A program made the translations under genes and the position numbers. Below are positions 38,138 through 46,318 of a stretch of DNA of 64,000 nt, piece by piece; position 1 is the stretch's first letter; every line of letters begins with the position of its first letter. Source of the DNA: an uncultured Gammaproteobacteria bacterium (GTDB taxonomy: Bacteria; Patescibacteriota; Patescibacteriia; UBA9934); NCBI GenBank assembly GCA_964355955.1, contig CAYHFQ010000003.1, positions 31,777 to 95,776 of the forward strand, in the 5' to 3' direction. Below the pieces are notes generated by a model that was not told where the DNA came from, did no database searches, and saw only the letters and a program-made list of their open reading frames with translations.

Positions 38138-38623
38138 CTACCGGGGAGGTTGGGGCAGCTGGTCCTTGATGGAGCTGAGGTTCATGTTGAGCTGAAGATT
38201 GAGCTCGGTGAGCAGCTCCTTGATCTGGCTGAGTGATTTGCGGCCGAAGTCCTTGGTCTTGAGGAGCTCGGCCTCATTCTTCTCCGCGACCTGCCAGACG
38301 TAGATCCACCGCTGGGCCTCGAAGCAGTTCGCTGTCCGCACTGAGATAGTGAGGTCGTAGAACTTCCTCGAGAGCTGCGTCACCTGCTCGGGGGTGAAGT
38401 CACCCTGCGGGATGTTCGTGCCCTTCATCTGTTCGGGCTGGCTGTAGAGCAAGCGGCCGAGGGCGGAGGCAGCCTCGTCGGTCGCAGGGATCTCGATGGT
38501 GATGATGGACTGCGAGTTGGTCGACAGCTTCATGAGTACTTGGACGTCCGGGTGGCTGTCCGGAAGGTTGGCGAGGTCGACCAGTCGCTTGCCGATATTG
38601 ACGCTGAGTTTCTTGATGTTCAT
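38138..38623 (-). CDS. Orphan protein with an RNA polymerase alpha C-terminal domain
   Basis: DLTISVRTANCFE...ELLKTKDFGRKSLSQIKELL aligns by eye to alpha-CTD; alpha NTD absent; AGGAG SD. Confidence 0.8.
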   Translation of the reverse strand: MNIKKLSVNIGKRLVDLANLPDSHPDVQVLMKLSTNSQSIITIEIPATDEAASALGRLLYSQPEQMKGTNIPQGDFTPEQVTQLSRKFYDLTISVRTANCFEAQRWIYVWQVAEKNEAELLKTKDFGRKSLSQIKELLTELNLQLNMNLSSIKDQLPQPPR

Positions 38624-38677
38624 TCGGGACTCCTGAGGGTGAGGTGGACGTCGATACTAGGAAATGATCGACGAATA

Positions 38678-38706
38678 ATTATAGTTTAATTTACGATAAA
38701 AGTCAA
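38678..38706 (-). promoter_or_regulatory. Sigma70 promoter TTGACT-17-TATAAT
   Basis: Near-consensus; upstream of the alpha-CTD gene. Confidence 0.75.
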
Positions 38707-38727
38707 ACATTAACCCGTTTATAACGC

Positions 38728-38758
38728 AAAAAAATCACGACCGGAGTCGTGATTTTTT
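38728..38758. terminator. Bidirectional terminator after tRNA-Val
   Basis: aaaaaatcacgac-cgga-gtcgtgatttttt. Confidence 0.8.
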
Positions 38759-38834
38759 GGTGGACATTGGTGGGCTCGAACCACCGACCTCTGTCGTGTG
38801 AGGACAGCGCTCTAACCAACTGAGCTAAATATCC
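38758..38834 (-). tRNA. tRNA-Val(CAC)
   Basis: Cloverleaf; anticodon arm CTGTC-CTCACAC-GACAG; encoded CCA. Confidence 0.95.
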
Positions 38835-38900
38835 TAGATAGAACTGCCGAATTGGCCTCAATTCAGAACGGGGCAATAATAGTGTTTTAAGCGAGAATAA

Positions 38901-39518
38901 TCAAGCCCTACGTCTTTTAGTGAGACCGGCGTGGATGATGCTCGACATGAACGTGTAGTCCTGGTTCATGCCAGCGATGCAGGCTTGGATGTAAGCCTTG
39001 TGTGGGCGCTTATTCCAGAGAATGGGGTTATAACCAGCACGAATAGCGAAGAGATCGAGGAAAAGACGAATGGTGCGGCCGTTGCCTTCGCGGAAGGGGT
39101 GAATAGCGTTGAGCTCGCAATGAATGAGGGCGAGCTTGGCTGCGACCTGTTTCTTATCGTCGGTAGAAGTTGGTGTATTTTGTTTGAGGGTGAGTTCGAA
39201 ATCTGCCAGAGCCGAGCTGATAAAATTAGCCGAGCAAAACATCGTTTCGCCTTTACTGATATTGACCGTGCGTAATTGACCAGCCCAAGTATAGAGTGGC
39301 CCAAAAAAATATTTATGAATTGAAAGCAGTAGTACAGTATCAAAAGTAAACGAACTGATCGGTTCAGTGACTATAAAAGAACGAAAGGCTCGATCGAAAT
39401 AATATGCTTCAGCGTCCATGAGCTCTACCTGGCTAGAAAGTCCGGGCTTATTTTTCAGCACTTCCCCGTCCATTCCAGCTTCCTTAGCGGAACTCTGATA
39501 ACGAGAATGTTCAGGCAT
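38901..39518 (-). CDS. Fic family protein (class I toxin)
   Basis: HPFREGNGRTIR. Confidence 0.93.
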   Translation of the reverse strand: MPEHSRYQSSAKEAGMDGEVLKNKPGLSSQVELMDAEAYYFDRAFRSFIVTEPISSFTFDTVLLLSIHKYFFGPLYTWAGQLRTVNISKGETMFCSANFISSALADFELTLKQNTPTSTDDKKQVAAKLALIHCELNAIHPFREGNGRTIRLFLDLFAIRAGYNPILWNKRPHKAYIQACIAGMNQDYTFMSSIIHAGLTKRRRA

Positions 39519-39678
39519 ATTGTTTAAGCTTCTTAATTAATGCCGTGTTCTTTAGGGCGCGGCGCAGACTAATTCCCTCCATTTTAAGAGATTGCGAGAT
39601 AGCGTTCTTGATGGTGCGCTCGCTGAATTTAGGCTTAGCCTTCTTACTAATAGCCCTGCGTTGAATCGCCTTCTTCAT
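39511..39678 (-). CDS. Putative FicA/VbhA-like antitoxin, 55 aa (not in the ORF track)
   Basis: MKKAIQRRAISKKAKPKFSERTIKNAISQSLKMEGISLRR...; SLKMEG fits (S/T)xxxE(G/N); overlaps the fic start by 8 nt. Confidence 0.75.
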   Translation of the reverse strand: MKKAIQRRAISKKAKPKFSERTIKNAISQSLKMEGISLRRALKNTALIKKLKQYA

Positions 39679-39777
39679 AACATCACTTTTATTAGCTCAA
39701 TTATACCAGAAATTGAGGTGATGAGCAACCGGGCGGCGTTGTTTAATTTTGATGATTCAGCTATACTCCCAGTAGTT

Positions 39778-41280
39778 ATGTCTGACCAGAATTCAGTCGA
39801 TTTTTTGCAGCAAAAGTATGAAGTGCCGGTGGAGCGTGTAGTGCGCGCCAAAGTTTCGCGTACTGGCCGATATATTGCTGGAGTGCTGGTAGTTGGAGCG
39901 ATTGTGGGAACTTTTTTTTCCTATAAAATTGCCAAGATCACGCACGGCGATGAAACTGATATTGGCAGCTTGTCCATTTTCTCCACAATTACCTCCGGTC
40001 TCTCACATTTGGTTGGTAGCCCCGACCGCCCGCTAGTCGGCGAGGAAACTGACCGCATTAACTTTTTATTAATGGGCATTGGTGGAGCCGGTCACGACGG
40101 TGGACAGTTGGCGGACACAATCATGTTCGGCAGTTTCAAGCCGAGCACAGCGGAGCTTGGTATGCTCTCAATCCCCCGCGATTTATACGTAGCAATTCCT
40201 GGCTACAGCAGCGGCAAAATTAACCACGCCAATGCTTACGGCGAAATGTCTGGGGCTGGGCAGGGGCTCAAATTGGGGTCCGACGTGGTCAGCAGCGTCG
40301 TCGGTCAACCGATTGATTATACGATTCGCGTCGACTTTGACGGCTTTTCTAAACTGATTGACCAGTTGGGTGGTATTAACGTTTATATTGATAAGAGCTT
40401 TGACGACTACCAGTTCCCTGAATATGAGGGCTCGCCAACTTACAAGACTCTGCACTTCACCCAAGGCTACACCCACATGAGTGGTGCTGAAGCTTTGGAC
40501 TATGCTCGCTCTCGTCATGGTAACAACGGCGAAGGGACGGATTATGCCCGAGCGGCTCGTCAGCAGAAAATCTTAATGGCAGCCAAGGAGCAGGCTTTGT
40601 CGCTTGGTGTTTTATTAAATCCGGTTAAGTTGACCAAGCTTTTTAGTACGCTCAGCAGTCACATCACCACCAACCTTTCGGTTTGGGAGATGATTAAGAT
40701 GGCCAAGTATGTACCGAGCATTGACCCTAAAGCAGTGGCCATGCAGGTACTCGACACCAGCCCAGGCAGTCCGCTTTACAGCACCACCACGGCTACTGCT
40801 GGCTTCATTATTTTGCCAAAGAGTGATAATTGGAGCGATATTCAGAAGATTGCGGCTAATATGTTCGTGTCTGCTGGAGCTAAAGCTAGCGCAAGTGCGC
40901 CAGTCGCCGCTGCCACGACACAGTCGGTTAAGGTGGAAATTCAAAATGGCACACAGATTTCTGGCCTAGCTTACCAAACAGCCGCCCGCCTGACTGGTTC
41001 GAGCTATGAAGTGGTCAGCGTGGGCAATGCCAGCGACCGAGCAGTTCTCAAAACAACTATTTACGACCTAACTAATGGCCGAAAAGCTGCGGAATTAGCA
41101 ACATTAAAGCAGTTTTTAGGGGCAGACGTGGTTTTGACCGACGAGGGCTGGATCTACGCAGACAACGTCGTACCAACTAGCCTGCAAACAGTTTCTAGCA
41201 GTGATGAGGCTAAAACAAGCGAAAAAGTTGACTTTTTGATAATAGTAGGACAAGATGCGACTTCTCTCGTATTGAAATAG
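39778..41280 (+). CDS. LCP (LytR-CpsA-Psr) family protein with LytR_C domain
   Basis: DTIM, SIPRDL, KINHA, ARSR, RAARQQ; VEIQNGT..SGLA. Confidence 0.92.
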   Translation: MSDQNSVDFLQQKYEVPVERVVRAKVSRTGRYIAGVLVVGAIVGTFFSYKIAKITHGDETDIGSLSIFSTITSGLSHLVGSPDRPLVGEETDRINFLLMGIGGAGHDGGQLADTIMFGSFKPSTAELGMLSIPRDLYVAIPGYSSGKINHANAYGEMSGAGQGLKLGSDVVSSVVGQPIDYTIRVDFDGFSKLIDQLGGINVYIDKSFDDYQFPEYEGSPTYKTLHFTQGYTHMSGAEALDYARSRHGNNGEGTDYARAARQQKILMAAKEQALSLGVLLNPVKLTKLFSTLSSHITTNLSVWEMIKMAKYVPSIDPKAVAMQVLDTSPGSPLYSTTTATAGFIILPKSDNWSDIQKIAANMFVSAGAKASASAPVAAATTQSVKVEIQNGTQISGLAYQTAARLTGSSYEVVSVGNASDRAVLKTTIYDLTNGRKAAELATLKQFLGADVVLTDEGWIYADNVVPTSLQTVSSSDEAKTSEKVDFLIIVGQDATSLVLK

Positions 41281-41284
41281 CTCT

Positions 41285-42727
41285 ATGTCGTCTACTACAA
41301 CTCCCGAAACGGTTAGAATCCCAAAGGTTGCTTTAATTGGACGTACAAACGTCGGTAAGTCGACGCTTTTTAATAAATTGATTGAGGAGCAACGCTCGCT
41401 CGTGTCGGACGTCGCCGGTACCACTCGAGACCGTTTTGAAGCGGACTGTATTTGGCGCGGTCTGGTGATTCGCTTGATCGACACTGGCGGCTTGGACGTC
41501 GACCCGAAATTAGAAATTGAACGCGGCGTCATTGAGCAGACCGAATACGCTATTAAGGAAGCGGACTTGGTTTGTTTCTTGGTAGACTTGACCGTCGGCC
41601 CAACAGTTGACGACTACGTGATTGCTAAGAAATTATTCGCTGCTGGTAAGCCAGTGATTGTCGTTGGCAACAAGGGCGATACTCCAGCCCTCCGCGCCAG
41701 TGTGGAAAGCGAGACTTGGAAGTCTTGGCCACTTAACCGTCCATTAGCCGTTTCCGCGGCGCGCGGTATTGCGGCTGGTGACTTGCTCGACGAAGTCTAC
41801 GTTGGCTTGAACAAAGCTGGCGCCCCACCGATCGAAGTGACATCAGTAATTCCCATGCAGGTAGCAGTACTTGGTGAGCCAAACGTTGGTAAGTCCACTT
41901 TGCTAAATGCGATTTTGGGTGAGAAGCGCTTCATCGCGTCGTCCTTGGCCCACACCACTCGTCAGCCAAACGAAGTGAGCGTCAAAATTGGCAAGCAGAA
42001 CTACGTTTTTGTGGACACGGCTGGTATCCGCCGCCAATCACGACGTTTGCAGGCTGGTAGCTTCCTTGAAAAGCACGGCGTTAAGCAGACTGTGGAATTA
42101 TTAAAGAAGGTAAACGTCGTCCTGTTCGTGCTAGACATGAGCCAGAAGATTGACGTGCAGAATAAGCGTTTGGCTGGTTTGATTGCGGAACACGGCACCA
42201 GCGTCGTCATTATTGCTAACAAGTGGGATTTGATTCCAGACAAGGACACGACGACTATTCTTAAATACGAGGAATATATTCGCGCGCATTTGCCGCAGAT
42301 TAACTACGCGCCGATTCTCTTCATTTCCGCTTTGACTGGTCAACGCGTGGGCGACATCATGAAGAAGATTTCGACCGTCTTCAGCAGCCGCTTTACGCAG
42401 CTCATGGATACCGAGTGTAAGGAGTTTATTTCGAAGTGTATCGCTAAGCACAAGCCGAGCAAGAACAAGGGTACTTGGCACCCAAACATTACGGAGTTTG
42501 TGCAGACCACGATCAATCCACCACGCTTCCGTTTGACTATCAACGCCCCACGCGAAGATGCGTTGGCCGACAGCTACGTACGGTTCTTGGAACGTTTGAT
42601 GCGTGATGAATTTAACTTTGTAGGTACGCCAGTTTCTATCCGCGTGTTAGCAGTGCAACGTAAGCATGGTGAAGCACGTACGCCGATGAAGAGGGTGAAG
42701 ACGAAGATGGGTGGGAGACATAATTAG
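41285..42727 (+). CDS. der: Ribosome biogenesis GTPase Der
   Basis: Two G domains: GRTNVGKS/DTGG and GEPNVGKS/DTAG/NKWD. Confidence 0.96.
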   Translation: MSSTTTPETVRIPKVALIGRTNVGKSTLFNKLIEEQRSLVSDVAGTTRDRFEADCIWRGLVIRLIDTGGLDVDPKLEIERGVIEQTEYAIKEADLVCFLVDLTVGPTVDDYVIAKKLFAAGKPVIVVGNKGDTPALRASVESETWKSWPLNRPLAVSAARGIAAGDLLDEVYVGLNKAGAPPIEVTSVIPMQVAVLGEPNVGKSTLLNAILGEKRFIASSLAHTTRQPNEVSVKIGKQNYVFVDTAGIRRQSRRLQAGSFLEKHGVKQTVELLKKVNVVLFVLDMSQKIDVQNKRLAGLIAEHGTSVVIIANKWDLIPDKDTTTILKYEEYIRAHLPQINYAPILFISALTGQRVGDIMKKISTVFSSRFTQLMDTECKEFISKCIAKHKPSKNKGTWHPNITEFVQTTINPPRFRLTINAPREDALADSYVRFLERLMRDEFNFVGTPVSIRVLAVQRKHGEARTPMKRVKTKMGGRHN

Positions 42728-42863
42728 GTCGCTCGCAACCGCCGTATCTCCTGTTCCTAGCTGCGCCTCGTCAACCGCACGAGCTCACTGACCTCGTCTG
42801 ACTCGGGAGCTCGACGCAGGGCCGAGGCTAGTGTCGTCACAGGAGACACGGCAGTCGCTCGCT
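42728..42863. repeat. Structured repeat family B (outer plus inner module)
   Basis: Homologous to 8416-8569 (outer) and 46121-46250 (whole). Confidence 0.9.
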
Positions 42864-42936
42864 CTTAAAGGCCTTCGTCTTGCTAAAAAGTTTAAACTAC
42901 CGACTACCAACTACTATCTACCAACTTTCATACTCT

Positions 42937-43500
42937 ATGGCAATCATGATCGTGGGACTCGGTAATCCAGGTGTAGCGTATAAGAAGACCCGCCACAATG
43001 CGGGTTTTTTGGCGCTTGATAAGTTAGCTGATGAGTGGGGCGGGAGCTGGCGCGTGAATAACACAGCAAAAGCCGAGGTAGCGGAGGTGATTGTCGGCGA
43101 GATGAAGATAGTACTAGTGAAGCCACAAACTTTCATGAATAATTCTGGCCTCGCAGTGGCGTCGCTCATGCATCGCTATAAGATTACGATTGAACGAGTG
43201 TGGGTGGTTTACGACGACGCGGCGATTGCGAATGACCAGGTGCGAGTACGCCGTGGTGGCAGTGCTGGCGGACATAATGGGCTGAAGTCGATCATCGCGC
43301 ACAACGGCGATCCGTTCGCTCGTTTCCGTATCGGACTCGGCAATCCACCAGAACGAGTACCACTCGAAGAGTTTGTATTGCAGAATTTTAAGGCGGAGGA
43401 AATGACGCTGCTCGAGCATAAATTAGACGTGGTGATTGAACTCATCAACGAAGCCAGAGTGACTGGCGTCCAAGAAAAAACCGTAACTATCGCCACATGA
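42937..43500 (+). CDS. pth: Peptidyl-tRNA hydrolase
   Basis: VGLGNPG..Y..TRHNAGF, KPQTFMN, GGHNGLKS. Confidence 0.96.
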   Translation: MAIMIVGLGNPGVAYKKTRHNAGFLALDKLADEWGGSWRVNNTAKAEVAEVIVGEMKIVLVKPQTFMNNSGLAVASLMHRYKITIERVWVVYDDAAIANDQVRVRRGGSAGGHNGLKSIIAHNGDPFARFRIGLGNPPERVPLEEFVLQNFKAEEMTLLEHKLDVVIELINEARVTGVQEKTVTIAT

Positions 43501-44585
43501 TCTCCCCCTACCGCTTAGCTCTCACGCATTTTGACGACCTCACCATCGGCCCAGTCCGTCATGCGAGCTTGCTTGAAGTTTTGGGGACGGATGAGAATAT
43601 TTGGCGGGCTAATATCGATGAGTTGCAGAGTGGCGGCCTGACGCACGGCATGGCGAAAAAGTTTATTGACTGGCGCGCCACGCAAAACCCGCAAGCCTTG
43701 CTCGATGACACATTGAAACGCGGAATAAGCCTGGTAACGCTCGACGACCCAGAGTACCCGCAACTGCTCCGCGCCATTCACGACGCACCGTACGTCCTCT
43801 ACTACCGCGGTACGTTGCCACCGGCCGATGCGCTGTTGGTCGGCGTGGTGGGGTCGCGTCAGGCTACACCGTACGGCTTGAAAGTGGCTGCTGAGTTGTC
43901 CGAGAAGCTGGCGCGCCATCACTTGGTAATCGTCAGTGGTTTAGCCTGGGGTATTGATGAGGCGGCGCACAGAGCAACGGTTAACGTAAATGGTAAGACG
44001 ATTGCGGTGCTTGGCTGTGGGCTTGATGCTAATGATTCTTATAGGAAAATAGAATTAGCAGAGGAGATAGTAAGCAAGGGTGGAGCAATAATCAGCGAGT
44101 ATCCGCCGGAGATGCCTTCGTACACTCATCATTTCCCTATCCGTAACCGCATAATTTCTGGCATGAGCAAGGGAACACTCGTGGTTGAAGCGGCAGAAAA
44201 ATCCGGCTCGTTAATAACAGCCCGAGCGGCCTTAGGAGAAAATCGTGAAGTATTTGCCGTGCCTGGTTCGATTCACTCCCCTACTTCCGTTGGTACTAAT
44301 CGTTTATGTCGCGATGGTGCCCACGTAGTGACTTCTGCCGAAGACATTCTTAATGTGCTCGGTGTAACGCCAAGAGAAACTGCCACCGAAGCTCCAGTAA
44401 CCATGATACCGCCAGCTACGCCAGAAGCTAGAGCGATTCTCGAGCTCTTAAACCACGAACCAAAACATATTGATGATCTTGCTATAGCAGTCGCGCTGCC
44501 AAGCCACATCGTCGGCGGAACGTTGACGATTATGGAGATTGAGGGTTACGCTCGGCATGTTGGTGGTGGAAATTATACGAGATAA
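43497..44585 (+). CDS. dprA: DNA-processing protein DprA
   Basis: VSGLAWGID, FPIRNRIISG, VEAAEKSGSLITA. Confidence 0.96.
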   Translation: MISPYRLALTHFDDLTIGPVRHASLLEVLGTDENIWRANIDELQSGGLTHGMAKKFIDWRATQNPQALLDDTLKRGISLVTLDDPEYPQLLRAIHDAPYVLYYRGTLPPADALLVGVVGSRQATPYGLKVAAELSEKLARHHLVIVSGLAWGIDEAAHRATVNVNGKTIAVLGCGLDANDSYRKIELAEEIVSKGGAIISEYPPEMPSYTHHFPIRNRIISGMSKGTLVVEAAEKSGSLITARAALGENREVFAVPGSIHSPTSVGTNRLCRDGAHVVTSAEDILNVLGVTPRETATEAPVTMIPPATPEARAILELLNHEPKHIDDLAIAVALPSHIVGGTLTIMEIEGYARHVGGGNYTR

Positions 44586-44589
44586 CTGC

Positions 44590-44834
44590 AAGTGAGTAAT
44601 GCCTGACGATGAGACGAGCTGAAGTCGGCCCTGCACCAGCGCCCGAGTCAGACGAGGTGAGACGGATGGTGCGGTTGACGACTTCGGTGAGGCGAAGCGT
44701 TAGACATTACTCACTTGTCGATTCAGATGATACGGACAGCACTTCGTCTCACTCATGCCGTCAACCGCAGAATCCCCGACCATACCTCGTCTGACTCGGA
44801 GGGATTCCGCAGGGCCGGCATTCGTTCGCCTCAT
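44590..44834. repeat. Structured region with two inverted copies of the family B inner module
   Basis: Reverse copy at 44626-44680, forward copy at 44759-44817; extra stem agtgagtaatg/cattactcact. Confidence 0.8.
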
Positions 44835-44863
44835 TGCTATCTGTATCATCTGAATCTGTGAAT

Positions 44864-46120
44864 ATGAAAAATTACAAAGAAGCCGTACAGCGCCTGATAG
44901 GTCTCAGTAATTTGGAGACGTCGTGGCGCGGGAGTCAGGAGAGTTTGCAGGAGTCGCTCAAACGGACCAAGCAGTTACTGGCCAAGCTCGAGTACCCCGA
45001 GCGTAGATTAAAATTTGTGCATGTGACGGGCACGAGCGGTAAAGGTAGTGTGACCAACTTGATTCACGAGATGCTCTTGGCGGATGGTCGGGCTGTGGCG
45101 AGTTATACGTCGCCGCACACGACGACGCTGCTCGAAAGATTTAGAGTGAATGAGAAGTTGATTGAACCGAAGCTACTCATACAAGCCATCGAGCTCGTTA
45201 TCGCGGCGTATTCGATTCATCTAGAAGAAAGCAAGCAGACGCTCAGCTACTTCGAACTCGCAACCGTCGTCGCACTGGTGGCCTTCGTGTTGGCCAAGGT
45301 TGAGTGGTGTGTGCTCGAGGTGGGACTCGGTGGACGCTGGGATTCGACAAATGTCATTCCGAAGAAAGAGGTGGCGGTGATTACCAACGTCGACCTGGAT
45401 CATACGGATATTTTAGGGAATAGTGTAGAGGAGATTGCGCAGGAAAAAGTAGGAATTATTACGGGGCGCTGTGCGGTTATTGCCGGCGTCGTCCAAGCGA
45501 ATTTGCGGGAGTTGATAAGTGATGTGGCGAGCGATAAGAAGGCCAGCGTGAGATTTATTGAGGCTCCGAATGGTGATCATCGCTTACATAACGCGTTGAT
45601 TGCGACAGCAGCGGCGCAAGCGGTGGGCGTGAAAATCGAAGTGATTGAGAAGGCGCTAGCGAAGAGTAAGGGACTGCCCTGCCGGTTTGAGGTGATGAGT
45701 CAGAAGCCGCTCGTAATTGTCGACGGGGCGCACAATGAGGCCAAGATGAACGGAACGGTGCAGCTACTGAAGTCGATGAAACGAGGAAAAGTGCATGTCA
45801 TCTTTGGTTGTAAGCACAGTAAAGATGCGGGGGCGATGCTCAAGGCTTTAGCACCGCTGGCTGACGTCATCCATACCACGCGCTACCAACATGGCTATGG
45901 CGCACCAGAGAATCCAGCAGTGCTCGCTAAGCTGATTACGAAGGGTAAGCGAGGAAAGACGTGGCTCTTTGCCGACGAGGCGCTGCAGCAGGTACTCGAC
46001 GAAATGAAACCAGAAGATACACTTTTAATTACAGGATCGCTCTATTTGGCTGGAGAATTAAGGACACATTGGGTGAGTGAAGAATCGATTGTTAGAAGGC
46101 AATCTAGCCAAGTTAAATAA
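44864..46120 (+). CDS. folC: Folylpolyglutamate synthase-like ligase
   Basis: HVTGTSGKGS, YTSPH, EVGLGGRWDSTN, DGAHN, TGSLYLAG. Confidence 0.88.
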   Translation: MKNYKEAVQRLIGLSNLETSWRGSQESLQESLKRTKQLLAKLEYPERRLKFVHVTGTSGKGSVTNLIHEMLLADGRAVASYTSPHTTTLLERFRVNEKLIEPKLLIQAIELVIAAYSIHLEESKQTLSYFELATVVALVAFVLAKVEWCVLEVGLGGRWDSTNVIPKKEVAVITNVDLDHTDILGNSVEEIAQEKVGIITGRCAVIAGVVQANLRELISDVASDKKASVRFIEAPNGDHRLHNALIATAAAQAVGVKIEVIEKALAKSKGLPCRFEVMSQKPLVIVDGAHNEAKMNGTVQLLKSMKRGKVHVIFGCKHSKDAGAMLKALAPLADVIHTTRYQHGYGAPENPAVLAKLITKGKRGKTWLFADEALQQVLDEMKPEDTLLITGSLYLAGELRTHWVSEESIVRRQSSQVK

Positions 46121-46250
46121 CTCGCAACCGCCAATCCCCTATTCCTAGCGGCGCCTCGTCAACCGCACCAGCCGTCTCACCTCGTATGACTCGGGCGCTG
46201 GCGCAGGGCCGAGGCTGGCGTCGTCATAGGAGATATGGCAATTGCTCGCT
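46121..46250. repeat. Structured repeat family B (outer plus inner module)
   Basis: Compensatory changes relative to the 42728 copy (cctgt/acagg to cctat/atagg). Confidence 0.88.
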
Positions 46251-46318
46251 ACTTGGCCTTACAAGCTGCGTAAGAAAATTGACATAACAAGCTCTGGAGG
46301 CTATCGTTCGCAGCAAAT

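Noticed and set aside
39592-39777. N-terminal extension of the LCP gene
   Set aside because: Overlaps the antitoxin on the opposite strand; ATG 39778 gives a normal LCP N-terminus.
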